Assembly: GCF_018350175.1 (NCBI RefSeq)
Contig: NC_058368.1
Coordinates: 222,768,001 to 222,832,000 of the forward strand
DNA length: 64,000 nt
Source: Felis catus
Taxonomy: Eukaryota
Direction: 5' to 3'
The number at the start of each line of letters is the position of its first letter. Position 1 is the stretch's first letter. A model generated the notes under the pieces. The model did not search any database. It saw only the letters and a list, made by a program, of their open reading frames with translations, and was not told where the DNA came from. This document shows positions 51,181 through 64,000 of this stretch, piece by piece. The translations under genes and the position numbers were made by a program.

Positions 51181-53108
51181 AAAATTAAGACAAAAAAGAG
51201 TGTTAGCATAATCTGGATTTTCATCTATTTGGCATATAGTCTGTCTAAAACAAAATGTGTTATTTGGAGGAGAATGCTTGTAAATATCAGCCTAAAACCA
51301 TTTGCATTATCTATTTAAAAACAAAACAAATATAAAACTAAAGCAGCTATTTCTTTAAAGGTTCATATACCAGAGTTGAAAACATTGGTAGACACTAGAT
51401 TTAAGCTAAATTTGAGAAACTGTATCAATTTTTTTTCAAATCAGTATAAGAATATATGATTTAAAATGCAACATCTAAGAGTTAAGAAGTACGATAAGAA
51501 AAGCAAAAATCAGTTTTTGCCCCACCTCCAGAATGCTGAACACCAAAAACTTTACTTATAAATACTTTTAACTAATTTATCTATCGATGTGTCAATTTTA
51601 CTTACCAACCTCTTCTTGCAAATGGAGATACTAGCTATCTTAGTCCGTAAATCCCCAACTCCCATACCTTCCTCATGAATTCCTGGTTAAACCTATATTC
51701 AGGTTTTTAATTTACATACTATATAAATATTTTTCACACTGAGACTTGTAGCATGCATCATCATTTTTTCCCATAGTTTTTTTTTTTTTTCCTGTTTTCC
51801 CAGAGTTAATTTTTGCTTCATATTGTTTGTTTGAAAATACTGTTTGTTTGTTTTAACCTTGGGTTAACTCTTTCATACTCTCCAGTGTCTAAGTGAAGTG
51901 GCAATAGGATTTTCTAGAGAGTGACCTTTGTGAGATGATCTGGTTTATCCAGTTCTCAAGTCTGTGTGTCATGGGACACCCTTCCTGGTGGTTTTACACC
52001 TCTTGCTTCATCTGGGACACCGCATGGTATAGCCCTGGAATATCGATTTGCTAACAATTCCCTCTGCTCTTCTGCTATTGTTTCCCCTCCCAACCCCCAT
52101 CGGAACTCATGTTTTCCTCCATCTTGATTTACTTCCTCATTTTGATATAGCAGAGCTTATAATAGTTTTCTTAGGAATGGAATAAAGAGATCGCTTGGAA
52201 CTCTGTAGCTCTGAGATATCCTTGTTCGTTCTTCCACATTACATCACAGTGAGTGATGGAGAAGCACACGGCTTTCCTATTCCAGATCCTTTGAACGAGA
52301 ACTAATATCTTTTTCTCAGAATCTTCGTTTCATCTATAAAGTTCTGAAATTTCTGAGTAATAAGCTTGGCAAAGGATGTTTATCTTTAAGCCTGAAAAAA
52401 ACTGTATTTTTGTTCAAAAACAATGTTTCATCTTTTTTCTCTTAATACAACTCTTACTAGTAGTCCATTTTACAGTCCTCCTGGATTGATCTTCAAATCT
52501 ATCGCCTATTGTAATCTTCATGTTTTCTATTCTAATTTCTGAAGACTTTAAAATTTTCTTCCAATATGTTTGCTGATTTTTGCATTTCTGTTATGATTTT
52601 TTTTAATTCTAGGACAATTTCAGGTCCTGCTTTTATAGGTTATTATTTTTATTTTATATATGTGATAACTTATGGTTAACTTTGCTCCATTTGCTTATAT
52701 ACTTTTCATTTCCCCACCTGTTCTCAGGCATTACATCTGGTGATTGGGGCTCTCAGGCATTATATGTTGTGATTGGGATTATGAATGTCTCTTGTTTTCA
52801 TTAAAAATGAAGTCAGTCTTTTTATTTTTGATGTGTTTTGGAGAAAATGGAAAGAAAAGGACACAATGATTTAATTCTCATGTAAAGACTGACTGCAGGT
52901 AAAATGTAATATGACTTCAGTTGCAAAGCTAAACTTCATATGTAATTTAAATATTTATTTATATAAAAGTGCACTTTCTAAAGTTGTTAATTTCATATAC
53001 ATTAGTCAACCCATGTGTCACTTAAATGATTATAAAGCTATATGTGGCTGAAAAGATTAATATTATTAAATAATCTATAACAAGTTTTAAAAGCCAATTT
53101 TAAGCATA

Positions 53109-53311
53109 TTTTTAATGTGTGTTTATTTGTTTTGAGAAAGAGATAGAGAGCGAGCAGGGAAATGGAGAGAGAGAAGGAGACAGAATCTCAAGCAGGTTCC
53201 ATGCTGTCAGTGCAGAGCCCGATGCGGGGCTTGAAGCCACGAACTGTGAGATCGTGACTTGAGCCAAAATCAAGACTCAGATGCATAACCCAATAAGGCA
53301 CCCAGGTGCCT
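53109..53311 (-). mobile_element. Can-SINE
   Basis: Reverse SINE ending cacccaggtgcc; approximate TSD agca(t/c)at(t/c)tt. Confidence 0.9.
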
Positions 53312-54339
53312 GGAGCACATCTTAAAAGCACATTTAATTTGGAATACTTATTTTATCATATATCATGATTATGTACATTTTTTAAAAATTCCTGAGAAAG
53401 TAAAGGATCTGTGTGTCTGAATACTTGGGCATAATAAACCAAATTCTTCCTCTCCCTACTTATATCATGAACAACTTAATTAATGGGCTATTTTTTCAAT
53501 CAATTTGGCTATAACTGGAACTGGTACATACATTTGGAAAAACATGTTCTTTTATTGTACAACAAAGAAGTAAGTTCAAATTATTCCTAGAATTTTAATA
53601 CTATACACATTTAGAAATTAAAATATCTTTTACAACTATCAGAGTGATATATCATTTCTATGAGGATGTCTCCATGCTGAATTTGTCAATAAAAAGGGGG
53701 CTAGATAATTTTTGTTCATAGAAATCAGATAAAATAAGTTTTTAAAAATATGGGTATGGGTTTAAAGCAGATAGCCTCAAATAGTGTCAGTATTGTGCTT
53801 TTGTTGTGTTTGGTGAATACATATAAGAATATATATGTTATATATTATGTACTTATTTAGTATATTATATATTCAAACATATAAATATGTAACATATATT
53901 TAGGTTTATATGTATATATATGCATATATATATATATACATATATATATGCACTTATACTGTTTTGTTGTATTTGCCCTATTTCATTATTTCACTTTATT
54001 CCAATATTTGCACTTCAGTTGGTTTAATGAAATACATGCATATTTCATGTTTATTTTGAACCAATATGTTTATCTGTGAGACTCTTGTGGTAACACATGA
54101 TTCTGAAAGTTTTTTTTTCATTAGAATATCCAAAAATCTTTCAATCTCTTTTAAAGTATCTAATCACTAAAAATTATAATAATTTTTAATATTTCTTTAA
54201 AATTTTTAAACTTTTAATAAAATATATAAATCTTAGGGTAGCCTTTCATGGAAGTTCACCTGATATCTAGGAATACTCTGCATTTCATGTTTGTTTCAGC
54301 ACCTAGTACTAAATAATACAATTTTTATGCAAATGATCT

Positions 54340-54720
54340 TATTGTAAGTGGTGCTGACTGGCATCCAAAGTCCTATCACAACCACCTTCCCCTTGCTCCC
54401 TCCCACCATAAGAGTGGAAAATGCAAAAAAAGTGATTGCTTCCTCCATCTCCACTGCAGTTAAAGATGTATATGTGTTCCCATTCAGATCAGTGAAAACT
54501 CTGTTGGAGACTTCTGCAAAAGCAGTTCCTTGTCTGAAAGTGGAAGTGAGAGAGCTTTTTGGCTGTTGCCCCTCGCTGCTCTTGAACGTGATTGCGGTGC
54601 ATGGAGCTGCATCAGCAGTCTGTGCTGGTCAGCTGACAGCGAGTGGGTCAAATTGAAGACCCAAGGTTGACGCAGCACATCATCCTTAGAAAGGGTCTAA
54701 GTCCTTCATGACAGTATTAA
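54340..54720 (+). mobile_element. LTR16-like ERVL LTR remnant
   Basis: Motif order 'ctccactgcagttaaagatgtatatgtg...cagtga...cttctgcaaaagc...atggagctgcatcagcagtc' parallels LTR16-family text. Confidence 0.5.
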
Positions 54721-54856
54721 ACAGTGAAAGCTTTTCCTAACAGTTACTCGTTATGTAGGGGGAAAATCCATTTTTTAGAAGACGATATTGATGGATTTTC
54801 TGTCACTTGCTAAAAAACACATCTTAGAAGAAAGAGAAATCATCCACATTACAAAA

Positions 54857-54857
<1 letters not shown>

Positions 54858-54889
<32 letters not shown>

Positions 54890-54895
54890 CACACA
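54858..54895. repeat. (CA)n microsatellite
   Basis: Direct read. Confidence 0.95.
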
Positions 54896-56346
54896 TCCAA
54901 CATGAATTGTTAGGCAAGTATTTCATAGGATAAATGTTAGGGGTTAAAATTTCTGTTTTCATGAAAAGTAGTTAGTAACAACACAGGATGATTGATGTAT
55001 TAAACAGAGAAAGAAAAGGAACATTTTTCTTTTAGTATAGTTTTTTTGTTTGTTTGCTTTTTTGTTTTCTTCTGACTTACTACTGTTAAATAAAACGCCA
55101 AATAAGTTATCTTGGATCTGAATTCATCTACACTCAATTAGAAAGAGACAATAAAATAGTCTAAGATTTTTACAAAGTATGAAGATTCAAGAGTCACCTG
55201 TGCACTGTTTAAATGACATAGAAATTTCTATTTCAAATTATTTTTATTTTAGCTTGTGACCGAGACTAAAACAAAATATAAAAGATCCTATTTATATTTT
55301 ATGAAACTATATCACTACAATTAATGTATTTTATTGAGGAAGTGTAACTGAGCATAGTTTTACAAATATTTATCAGCAAATGTACTATTTTTTTACATTA
55401 AAAGTTCCTAGGGAAATGAAAGTTTAAGTTGATTTCTTTTTAAAACTCTAAAAAGAAACGAAATATATAACAGAACATAATGTTGAAGTATATAGATTTT
55501 TCCACAGGTTAGATTATTGCGTATTTTTGAGTTAACTATAGATATTTTATGAAGATTAAGTCCCAAACTCTTGTCAGTTCTCAGATTTACCTTTTACAAA
55601 AGCAAGTTCCAACAGAGTGGACAAAAAGATTTTGAGATGCTTATTGACCATTAGCTGCTTGCAGGGGGCAGGGGGTCAGCGAGTTTGATGTATTGACAAC
55701 CAAGGCTGCCTAAAAACATCTTCAAAAGGGGTCACATGATAGTCATGGATTTCATCACTACAACCATTGTTCTAGGGTTCAACAAATTGCAGCCTTTAGA
55801 GGTGAGAATCTCAAGGCTGATAGAATCTGCTGCCTTGGTTAATGTTCAGTGTTTCTCTGAGTATTCAAAAATCCCAAGAAAGTAATTAGTAGAAAGTAAT
55901 TGCTGTTTTTGGATAAAACAAAGTTACATATTACAAGATTACCGGAAAAAAAAAGTCCTTACTTAATTATCTCTTTTTAGAGAGAAAGTAAATCTGTACC
56001 TTTTTTTCTTGAATCAATACATAAAGGAAAAACAATAAAAGTGGTTAGAATTGTGAATGTGACATGTGAGTTATGGAAGCAGATAGGCCATGACAACACG
56101 TATATGTTGCATTTTTGTGGGAGCACACATGTATATGTGTATATATATACACACACATGCAATGGTTAAGCTGAAGTCATTTTACAATTAGTTATTTTCA
56201 CGTATACAATGTATTACTGAAATCTCCATTTGTTCTGAATATATTCCTTGTGTTTGAGTGGGATAATTAAGAAGAATAAAAACACCAGAAAATAAAATAA
56301 ATAAAGCTCACAGTCAGAATTCCTATAGAAAGAAATGAAGACTTCA

Positions 56347-56520
56347 GTGATGGGCATTGAGGAGGGCACTTGTTGGGATGAGCACTGGGTATCGTATGTA
56401 AGCGATGAACCACAGGACTCTACCCCTAAAACCAAGAGCACACTGTACACACTGAATGTGAGCCAATTTGACAATAAATTATATTAAAATAATCAGAGAT
56501 GTTCTTTCACTCTTAAAAAA
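56347..56520 (+). mobile_element. Very short 5'-truncated felid L1 (3'UTR tip) with an extra 3' tag
   Basis: 'gtgatgggcattgaggagggcac...ccaatttgacaataaa'; TSD aaatgaagacttca at 56333-56346 and 56521-56534. Confidence 0.9.
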
Positions 56521-57625
56521 AAATGAAGACTTCACACCAAAGTATTTACAAGAAAATGTAGCGGTCCACCTTTGTGGGCACACACATTCATGTGCGTGTT
56601 TAACAGAATCTCCCCAAGAAGGAATTTATAGGAAGAGGTACTCTAACTCAGAGACTAAGTCAAATTCTCTTGGTTAATATCGAACACTAGCTGCATCATC
56701 TGAGGAAGGTTCTTAACATCCCTGCTTGTCTTTTGGTAATAGGCTTCTAAGATCACCTTCCTCATAAGGTTGACCCATGAAAAGGGCTTAGAGGAGAGCC
56801 TGGCATGTGAGAACTACATAAAAATTGGCTCTGACTACTATTTTTATATAGCTATTAACATCTGGGAGAGCTAGAGTTCTGGTGTCTGCCTCTAAGTTGG
56901 ATACTCCTAGTGTGTCCTTTGATAAATGTTTGATTATTGGAGTTCATCGTCTGTCCTTCTTTCTCATCTGTAGGAAATACTATGATTGGTGACACAACAG
57001 TGCTCCCTAATTTCATGTGACTTGGGGGCATAGAGGAAGGAGAGGTTACTGCTCTCACCTCTCATTATCTTCAACGTTTTCAGCCAGAGATTTTTTTTTT
57101 TTTTTTTTTTTTTTTTGTAAAACGAACTTCACTGCACATTTTAGAATGTATTTACTAAGTCAATATCTTCCTCTGCTTGTCAGAGCTGAAGATTAAAAGG
57201 TGGTGTCACTTCATTATTTATTTCTGGAATATGTTCTAACTAATTTAGGTTTCATAATGATGGAAACGAACTGTTGGTAATCATACCTGTGTTAATAGAG
57301 AAAATATACATTAGTTTTATAGGACATATATCCAATATTTGCTGAACTAAGCTTATTTTATTTTAAAGGTTTGCTACTAATATGAGTAAATGGGAATTGC
57401 TAAATAATTTCTGGAAAATAAATATCTAGCAAACAATATGATCGTGTTTACCAAGAAAATTTAAGGCGATAGACCTCCTAATATATTTACAATATATACT
57501 TTGGAGCAACACAATAGCTAAATTATTAAATATACGTCATGGTTTACAAACTATCAGCAAATTATACCATGAAAGATCTCTAATAACAATGATTTTTCAA
57601 TATCATTTTCGATTTTCAGGCTAGC

Positions 57626-57849
57626 TTTGTTTTTCTAAATTTTTTAATTTAGCATTTATTTATTTTTGAGAGACAGAGACAGAGCATGAGCAGGGGAGGT
57701 GCAGAGACAGGGAGACACAGAATGTGAAGCAGGCTCCAGGCTCTGAGCTGTCAGCACAGAGCCCAATGCAGAGCTTGCACCCAGGAACCATGAGATCATG
57801 AACTAACCCTAAGTCGTATACTTAAAGGACTGAGCTACCCACGCACCCC
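57626..57849 (-). mobile_element. Can-SINE
   Basis: Reverse SINE; approximate TSD ttt(c/t)aggcta. Confidence 0.92.
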
Positions 57850-60349
57850 TTTTAGGCTATCATTTTAACTGTAAATGTAGGCTTTTCAGTATTGCAAATC
57901 AGATGGTTTGTCCTCTGCACACATCTGAGTAACTCATTCAAGATATGAACTAGCTAACATGTAGAATCGAATATTCTTCTCTTCTGTAGTGCTTTTCCCA
58001 TTTATTTTATTATATTAGATTGTGTACATTTTTGAGAAAATGCTGGTCCATTTTCTGCCCTTCCCTCTAAATAACTTGAATCCTTTCAGCTGACCCTAGA
58101 ATTGTTTATTCATGTTTCAGGGAATACCTCCAAAATTCCTTCAAGTTTTCTCATGCCACGAACATGGTGTTCAAAACTACTTTCTATCAAGACTCAAATG
58201 AGTGCAGACTTTTTCAGATGAGTTTTTAATAAATGAACATTTGCGTCTTGTGGTCTGTTATTACCTGTGCATTTGCAAGGGTGTATTTCCATTGAGACAG
58301 TCTTTTTCGTTGTATATAGTTTAGTGATTAACCAGCAAAGTTACCATTTAACTTTATTCTATTTACTTATACAATGTAAATGGAATCCTAATCTCACTTT
58401 CATTCTCTCAGAATGATTTTTGCATGTAATGTGATCTTTCTGAAAAAAGAAACCCTTTATTAATTGTGCATGCCTTTCCTTCAATTGTCTCTTTCTCTCC
58501 AATATTATCATCCCATGTGTTTTCATATCATATTTTTGAAATTTCAGAATGTTAAGATTTCCTAAGAGAAAGGCAATTATGTAATGTTTTTAATCATCTG
58601 AAAAACTTACCTCTCTAGAGATAAATCAGACTGAGTTGTTTTTACATCAAATCTGATGACAAACTTGGAATCATTTATGTATTTTTAAATTCAATTTTTA
58701 TGATATTATTATGATTTATTTTCTCACGGAATTTACTATTCACTTCAATAAGACCAAGTGCACTTTCTAGTCCACAAACATTGGCATAATATTCAAGGAT
58801 TAATCCTTCCTAAGACACCTCAGCAAAATGTATGTGAACTTTGTAGATGATGGTGCTTCTCTTGACACTTTATCTAATTCTTGATAGTTCCTATTATTTT
58901 TTTTTAATAACCAGTTGCATTATTGCTCTTTTTCTACTTGGACTTGTGATTTGTTAAATTATTTTTTCCTGCTGATTTTATAGCAGTTTTGAGGAAATTC
59001 TTGACAGAATAATCACTTAAAAAAGTAATCCTAAATTTCTATTTTAATGTATTTCATTTTTGATAAGTTCAATTAACAGAGGGGGCAATCTTTTTGACTT
59101 TTATTCCAGAATTTATGATGATTAATTTCACTGGATTCTTTAAGGCTTTTTGGTTTTGTTGGTTGATTATTTCTTCTTCATATGAATTATTGTTTCATTA
59201 TTTTTTGGTAACATAGCTTTTCTTTTTTTTTTTAATAATCTGTTATTTACAAAGCAACTCTCTCTAAATGGTTTTGTTTATCTCTTTTATATGTCTTTAT
59301 TTGACATCAGCTTTATTATAATCATAATGGGTAGGAGAAGCCATGTAACTAACAAGTATTTTGTTTCAGAAGCCATCAAAAGTTATCTGTGTTGACTGTG
59401 AATTTATGATGCAGGACCATAATAACAATTATGCAAGAAAAACATCTTCAAATAAGAATTAAATAATACACTGAATTTCACATTACGAAGGGTGTGTGTG
59501 TGTGTGTGTATTTAGAAAGTTTTGAATTTTTTTTATCTCAAGTCATTCTTTTTGACAAAATCAGAGTATTTTCTGTAGTAAATATTATTTCAGAAGGTAA
59601 AAACTGTGATACAAATGCATTAACACACATACAAAGAGAGACGATTGTATAACAGTTTTTATCCAGTTTTCTGGATAAGATTATGACTTTCAACATTTTT
59701 TCTTATTCTGATGATTTTTACTAAATTTTTAGAATTTTATCTTTTTGAAATTAATTGCGTACTTTTTTACTTTGTTCCTCTTATCTTGTGTCATTGTGTG
59801 ACGTTTTTCAGTATGCATATGATAAAATATTAATTTGTGAAATTCCCCAGAGAGCATTTTAAGATACTGAGTGAGGTTTAGAAAATCAAAATAAGTGACT
59901 CTGTCTCTTAGGAGTAGATTTAGAAGTTATATATCCTTGGAATTACTGTAATATGAGTCAGATAGCAGAAAACTCTGTGAATGTTAAGTAACTGAAAAAA
60001 ATGCTCATGATTTCTCAAACATTGGTCCCTTTCGCATGCCCTGGTCCAAATATTGCAAGTATAAGTTACTCGCTTTGCTAATGAATGGAATATTGATTTC
60101 AAACATAAAATTATATCTGAAATTTTACATCAAGAACTAAATAAACCATTAATAAAAATTATTTATGAATATGTCACTCTATCTAAAAATACCAAGTAAA
60201 AATTAATAACTCAGTACTGAGTGTTATAATTAAAATATATACTTCCATTTGCAGGAATACTTCTGTATATTTGTGAGTGTGTATGTGTGTGTGTATATAA
60301 ATGCGTTTTCCTATACAGAAAAAAAAAGTTATTCTCTGGCTAAATGTAC

Positions 60350-61480
60350 CCATCATCCATGAATTCAACAGGTATTAATAGATAGCCTACTATGTGTCAG
60401 ACCCTGCTCCAAGAGCCAAGGATAAAGTAAACCTGTGGTTTGTATTCAATCCGGTAGGGAAGGCAGATAATGAACAAATACCCAAAGAGGTCATTTCACA
60501 TGGAGAGATATTCCATGAGGGAAACAGGTAGAATTCTGGAATGGTTAGTAAGGTCAGACTGGCAAATACTTTCTGAGTGGATGACACCTACTTTAGAGCT
60601 GAACATTAAGGAAGAGCTTGTACACAAAGAGTTGGGGAAGTAATTTTCCAGACACGTGAAAAGTGCATGCAAAGGTCTTAATATCAGACAGAGGTTGCCA
60701 AGTTATAAGAACAGATAAAAACATTAGTGCTAGGTGAAGACTGGGTAAGTAGGCAGATACAGATCAGAAAGCTTAGTAGATCAAAGGACGATGAGAGCAT
60801 TTCTTGCAGTGCAAAGAGAGGGCACAGGATTTTAAGCAAAGGAGCCATGTGATATAATATATAAATGAAAATATCACTTTAGGGGCACCTGGGTGGCTCA
60901 GTCGGTTAAGTGTCCAACTTCGGCCCAGGTCATGATCTCACGGCTCATGAGTACAAGCCCCACGTCAGGCTCTGTGCTGATGGCTCAGAGCCTGGAGCCT
61001 GTTTAAGATTCTGTATCTCCCTCTCTCTCTGACCCTCCCCCGTTCATGCTCTGTCTCTCTCTGTCTCAAAAATAAAGAAACGTTAAAAAAAATTAAAAAA
61101 AAAAAGAAAATATCACTTTGGCCAATATGACCATATGAATTTTGTAGGTGAATTACTGGAAATTTGTAGACCAGTTAGAAGGGCAACAAAAGAGTTCAAC
61201 TGATAAATGATGGGGGGTTGGCTTCATGCCTTAGCGAAAGAAAAAAAAAAAAAACAGGAACATGGGGATTTTGTAGATACACTGATCAGAACTTGCTGAA
61301 GGACTGTTGTGTAGGTGGAGAAGAACAGAAAACAAGGTTTCCTAATTGTATAATTTGGTCAGCTGGCTACCCATGAATGTAAATCCCTTATGTGAGAAAG
61401 ACTGAATGAGAAGCATGTTATGTAGACATGGGAATTGAGTTTGTACTTAGCACACAAACATTTAGAAATCCTGGTGACAC
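60350..61480 (-). mobile_element. L2 remnant (interrupted by a SINE)
   Basis: 'aattcaacaggtattaatagatagcctactatgtgtcagacc' (L2 3' end, reverse) followed by a purine-rich L2-like body. Confidence 0.6.
60881..61105 (+). mobile_element. Can-SINE
   Basis: Perfect 14-bp TSD gaaaatatcacttt (60867-60880 and 61106-61119). Confidence 0.96.
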
Positions 61481-61918
61481 ATAGCCAGCAATAAAGTCCC
61501 ATTTAACCACCCTGACATTCATGTTACTGTATGTAGAAAACACAGGTTTTGCTGTAAGGGCAAATTTAGTTTGAAGCTTGTCAGTTACATAATCTTGGGC
61601 AATGTATTCAAATTCTATTAAGTTTTACATTCCTTGACTATAATAAATATGCCTATCTTATAAATTTGTTAAATGCATACATGAAAAATATATGTATTTT
61701 ACACATGTGTGCATCCAGTTAATTACAGTTTAATTATTTGACCATTAATTTAATATATTAAAATGTATTGTAAATCAGATGTTCAGCTAAATAATTAGCA
61801 GAAAAACTTGGTCTTTTTATCAACATTTTCAAAAATACTATTTTAAGTTAACAGTTGTAAATAACACTGTCCTAGATATATGGAAATTGATAAACACAAT
61901 GAAGAATTTTAAAATCCA

Positions 61919-62119
61919 TTTTTTAATGTTACTTATTTATTTTGAGAGAGAGAGATAAAGCAGGAAGGGGCAGAGGGAGAAGGAGGGGGCGAGAGAACCC
62001 AAAGCAGGCTCCTAGTTCAGTGCAGAGCTTGAGGTGGGGCTCGATCTCACAACCATGAGATCCTGACCTGAGCCAAAATTGAGTTGGACGCTTAACCAAC
62101 CGAGCCACTCAGGTGCCCC
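61919..62119 (-). mobile_element. Can-SINE
   Basis: Approximate TSD aacac..tgaa.aattttaaaa. Confidence 0.92.
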
Positions 62120-63855
62120 AACACTGTGAACAATTTTAAAAACATTTGGATCATTTATTGGATCATTTCTCCCACTGGTTTTCCCTCAGAATTCTATAAT
62201 GACATTTTGGGGGAAATTTAAATAAATTCAAGAGGTACATAGTTGAAAAATTGGTATGAATAAAGAATAAGGAAGAAAGACTGTCTGGATAGATACGGTG
62301 ACTGAAAAGTGGAAAGAATCAGAATTCAGTCTAAATTATTGAAGTGATTGGTTGGTTTTTGTTTGTTTTCTTGCTTTGATAGAAATGGAGGTTTGTAGGG
62401 AAGCTGTTCTTGGGCAATAAAAAAGATAAAAGGCTTAGTTTTAGACATATTGACTCTGAAGCATCTATGTGGAAACATGCTTATGGCTATGTGGAAATAC
62501 TCTAGATGTGGGACAGGAGACCTCACTGAGTAGTTAGGTCTATATTTGAGATTAAGTTCCTAGAATTATTGACTGTTTAGCAAAAAATTGAAACTTTAAT
62601 ACTTCGTAAAATTCAGGTATTGTTCCCCCCCCCCACAAAACCCATCCTGGGAGTCTCAAAACAAACATTTGCAAAATATTTATTTAAAATTTGGTGATAG
62701 TTTATTTCATGTACAATTTACTCTTGGATTCTTCAGTCAATACAAATAAAAGAAATAACCATTTTTCTATATACTGTACTATATTTATTTATTGCCAATT
62801 ATCCTTCCAGGCTTTTCTAATACAAACTGTACTCCATTTTTAATTACTCCTCTTCCTTAATTACCCGTCCTCACAAAATTGTCATTCCCTCCATGGAATG
62901 GACTATTGTCATTTCCCTATGCTCCATGACCCCTTAGAACCAGAAATTCAGTGTTTTTTCAGGCAATGACCATATCTGTTTTGTAAAATACAGCAAATCA
63001 GGTAGAAGCTGTTTGATAAATATTTGCTAAGTATATTGAATAAATGAATGAATTTCAAATGTTCTAGTAAAATGATACACCAATCATAATTTCCATTCTT
63101 AGGCATTCTAAATTCCAATAACCTTTATATCTACTTAATTTTAGCACCTTTACTCTTGCTATAGTTTTGCAACTTGTTAAAATGTAAAAGCTCTATGGCA
63201 TTATGGTGCTACATCTGAAAGATTGGAAACCAATAGAAGCTCACTGAAAACAAGTTGAGTAACTGTACTTTTACATTAATGTCTGTCTTTGCAACCTAAT
63301 AAAAATAAGCTTTACTGACTATTCTCAATCAGATTCATATTTTTAGAAAACAGTGTTTTCTAGAGTAAGCCATTGCAATTTAAGAGTTTTATTATGAACA
63401 CAAGTAATTTGATTATGAATATTCTGTAAGTAAAAAGAATTATGTTGCTGAACTTTACAAGAAACTTCTAGAAATGTAATGCATCTCTTTATCAAAATTG
63501 ATGTCAATATAGAATTGACTTGATAAGGATTACTTGCACTGCCATTAATAATCCTATCTCATAGATATAATACGTACACTGATATACTTAAATATATAGA
63601 TGCATAGATGTTATTACAGTAGCAAATCATGGTGAGTACCACTCTTCCTCTTTAACCAGGTACTACACAGGAGGTTTTCTATGATAGATTCATTGTACAC
63701 TATGGCTAGGGCAATTCAATTATTAAAATTTTAATTAAATATTTCTCCTGATATATGAGTAGTTACTAAATTATGTCATGATTTTCTCTACCATACTAGT
63801 TACGTAATTTTGTTTGAGGTTTGATATCACTGAGTGTAGACCTCCTTGTCTTAAA

Positions 63856-64000
63856 ATTCATTAATGTTTATTTTATTTTGAGAGAGAGATAAAGCAAACA
63901 GGAGACCGGGGAGAGAGGATCCCAAGCAGGCTCTGTGCTGTTTCAGCAGAGCTTGGGGTGGGGCTGGAAGTCACAAACTGTGAGATCATGACCTGAGCCA
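63856..64000 (-). mobile_element. Can-SINE, cut by the window edge
   Basis: 'ttaatgtttattttattttgagagagag...gtgagatcatgacctgagcca'. Confidence 0.9.

Noticed and set aside
54348..54656. 102-aa plus-strand ORF in GC-richer sequence
   Set aside because: GTG start, no recognisable protein, and the DNA resembles an LTR16-type remnant
10138..61105. tRNA genes
   Set aside because: The A/B-box-like heads belong to tRNA-derived SINEs and run into CT tracts and poly(A); no complete cloverleaf seen
1..64000. A novel multi-gene system, CRISPR array or other prokaryote-style locus
   Set aside because: The sequence is mammalian and repeat-dominated; there is no regularly spaced repeat-spacer array and no long non-transposon ORF
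10138..64000. SINE strand bias (about 19 minus vs 10 plus) as evidence for a host gene orientation
   Set aside because: Sample too small and copies not independent (nested or tandem)

Overview
AT-rich, repeat-dense mammalian genomic DNA, almost certainly from a felid (Carnivora: Felidae), judged from about 29 tRNA-derived Can-SINE copies of the cat-type (SINEC_Fc-like) layout and a carnivore-type LINE-1. It reads as a gene desert or the interior of a very large intron. I found no recognisable host protein-coding gene, RNA gene or CRISPR array. Nearly all ORFs in the supplied track come from SINEs, microsatellites or chance. The only genuine protein-derived sequence is a full-length but frameshifted L1 on the minus strand (about 37921-43830: 5'UTR, ORF1, ORF2 with EN/RT/C-terminal domains, 3'UTR). 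Older eutherian repeats are also present (MIR, L2, L1MA-type, MLT1A/B, LTR33, LTR16-like, MER31, MER53, MER5, Tigger1); these family names come from my recall of consensus sequences, not from a search. I did not find a credible new biological system. The most interesting structures are retrotransposition footprints: a SINE and a full-length L1 sharing one target site, nested and tandem SINEs, a short candidate L1 3' transduction, a SINE with extra 5' sequence inside its target-site duplication (TSD), a near-identical inverted young SINE pair, a 129-bp-period compound minisatellite and a (GAA)n tract grown from a SINE tail. There are also a few weak exon or conserved-element candidates that need alignment to test.
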